Shown one piece after another: positions 56,157 through 57,447 of a stretch of 57,447 bases of DNA. The position numbers and the translations under genes were made by a program. Origin of the DNA: an uncultured Eubacteriales bacterium (lineage in GTDB: Bacteria; Bacillota; Clostridia; Christensenellales; CAG-138); contig ONLX01000025.1 in the NCBI GenBank assembly GCA_900318765.1, positions 1 through 57,447 on the forward strand. Direction: 5' to 3'. Below the pieces are notes generated by a model, which was given only the letters and a program-made list of their open reading frames with translations, was not told where the DNA came from and did not search any database. The first letter of the stretch is position 1. Every line of letters starts with the position of its first letter.

Positions 56157-57179
56157 TCATTCTTCCTGCAGTTTTTGGATCGCGCGGTCTACGGCGTCGC
56201 GCTCCTCACCGCTGACGATGCCCCAATCCTCGCGCAGCAGCCGCAGCTGCTCACGGTAGGCAGCGATCGCGCCCGCCTTGTCGCCCCGGATCTCGCAGAT
56301 ATGCGCAATGCTCATTGCGCTGTCGGTGAACTTGGGCGAAGGCTGCATTTCCTGCCCCTTGCGGTACCATTCGATGGCCTTGTCGTATTCCTGACGCTGC
56401 GTATAGAAATCGCCGAGCATGGTCGCCCAGCACCATTCCTGATCCTGCATCTGCTCCAATTCGGCAAGGATCGCATCGGCTTCGTCGGGCTTGCCGGCCG
56501 CAGCCGCGATCAGGAAGCGATACATCGGAACGCGGAACGTATGGTCGATCCCTTCAAGTCTTTGCAGCCATTCCCGTGCCTCGGTAAGCCGGCGATCGTC
56601 AATCAGATTATCGATCAGCCACATCAAAGCTGCCCGGTTATTCGGATTGCGGCGGCAGTACGCTTCGAACCATTCGATCAGTGCATGATGGTTGCGGATA
56701 TTCCAATCGGGGATGTAGCTGCCCCACGCGTTGGCAAGCTCGCTGATCGCGTCGTGGTCCCCTTCCATCCGTTCCACGGCCATCTTTCCATGCTCCGTCG
56801 CGAGCAGCCGAAACTGCTCAGCCTGATTGTTGTAGAGCTTTGTAAGCAGCAGCTCCGTTTTTCCGATATACTTCGGCTGCTCCGCAATCGTCTTTAGCTG
56901 CTGTTCGATCTGTCGCTGTTCCGCTTCGGGAAACAGTCCGCGGTCATAGATCCGGTTTTCGATGCGTTCAAGCTCCTGATCCGGCGTCATGGCGAAGAGC
57001 TGATCGATCGTCACTCCGAAATACACGGCGATCTCCGGAAGCAGCTGAACATCCGGCACGCTCGTTCCGCACTCCCATTTGCTGACAGTCTGCGCGCTCA
57101 CGTTCAGCGCATCCGCCAGTGCCTCCTGCGTCAGTCCGCGGTTGTTCCTCAGCCTGCGGATTTCCTTTCCCATTTCCAT
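56157..57179 (-). CDS. XRE-family HTH regulator with C-terminal TPR repeats
   Basis: GLTQEALADALNVSAQTVSKWE HTH; TPR-like LGDFYTQRQEYDKAIEWYRK. Confidence 0.88.
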   Translation of the reverse strand: MEMGKEIRRLRNNRGLTQEALADALNVSAQTVSKWECGTSVPDVQLLPEIAVYFGVTIDQLFAMTPDQELERIENRIYDRGLFPEAEQRQIEQQLKTIAEQPKYIGKTELLLTKLYNNQAEQFRLLATEHGKMAVERMEGDHDAISELANAWGSYIPDWNIRNHHALIEWFEAYCRRNPNNRAALMWLIDNLIDDRRLTEAREWLQRLEGIDHTFRVPMYRFLIAAAAGKPDEADAILAELEQMQDQEWCWATMLGDFYTQRQEYDKAIEWYRKGQEMQPSPKFTDSAMSIAHICEIRGDKAGAIAAYREQLRLLREDWGIVSGEERDAVDRAIQKLQEE

Positions 57180-57328
57180 TACGGTGTCCTCCTTGCTTTT
57201 GTGGCTTTATCATATCAGAATTGCGAATAGAAATCCAGCGCCTCTTACGGGAGGCAACTCGCGCAGCAGTTGAATTTCCCCGCAGGACGCTTTTGCTTTC
57301 GCTCAGTCGAGTCCCTCGTTTTCCATGC

Positions 57329-57361
57329 AAAAAAACAGCACCCTTTTTGGGTGCTGTTTTT
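57329..57361 (-). terminator. Terminator after the tRNA
   Basis: AAAAACAGCACCC..GGGTGCTGTTTTT. Confidence 0.8.
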
Positions 57362-57435
57362 TGGAGCAGGTAACGGGACTCGAACCCGTGACCTCAGCTT
57401 GGAAGGCTAATGTGTTACCACTACACTATACCTGC
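57362..57435 (-). tRNA. tRNA-Gly (anticodon TCC)
   Basis: Reverse complement GCAGGTATAGTGTAGTGGTAACACATTAGCCTTCCAAGCTGAGGTCACGGGTTCGAGTCCCGTTACCTGCTCCA: cloverleaf, TTCGA T-loop, encoded CCA. Confidence 0.96.
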
Positions 57436-57447
57436 CCGTGGTGCGGA

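Noticed and set aside
56157-57435. Integrated element at tRNA-Gly
   Set aside because: No integrase, no duplicated tRNA 3' end seen, and housekeeping genes follow closely.
1-57447. CRISPR arrays, IS elements, prophage or defence genes
   Set aside because: No regularly spaced repeats and no transposase, integrase, phage or cas motifs were seen by eye.

Overview
GC-rich chromosomal window from an anaerobic Firmicute (Clostridia-like gene content: yunB, DUF1292, rnf, yedE/sirA, sigma-A promoters, AGGAGG RBSs). About 55 genes, mostly on the minus strand, and one tRNA-Gly(TCC). No mobile element or CRISPR array was seen. Left to right: methyltransferase/hydrolase pair, a probable pseudogene, NimA-like/NUDIX/PP2C genes, a YheO-ygeY-ygeW unit, ABC transporters with an LRR lipoprotein, a Se/S-trafficking cluster (yedE-sirA-DUF3343 plus a desulfurase), alaA, LysR-putP, then two accessory systems, a two-component system, and the rpmH-rnpA-yidD-yidC-jag-mnmE block, which here is NOT next to dnaA. 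Top candidate for an undescribed system: one apparent operon rnfC-rnfD/G(fused)-rnfE-rnfA-rnfB-nrfA-resB-resC. It places a membrane-anchored pentahaem nitrite reductase (CXXCK) and its maturase directly behind an Rnf complex with no nrfH/nrfBCD quinol oxidase, suggesting Rnf-fed, possibly quinone-independent nitrite ammonification. Second candidate: a STAS-NRPS(A-T-C, Asp235 replaced by Val, no TE)-carboxylesterase-ABC operon next to a precursor-less NHLP-type C39 export operon. All family calls come from motif recognition by eye; no database searches were run.
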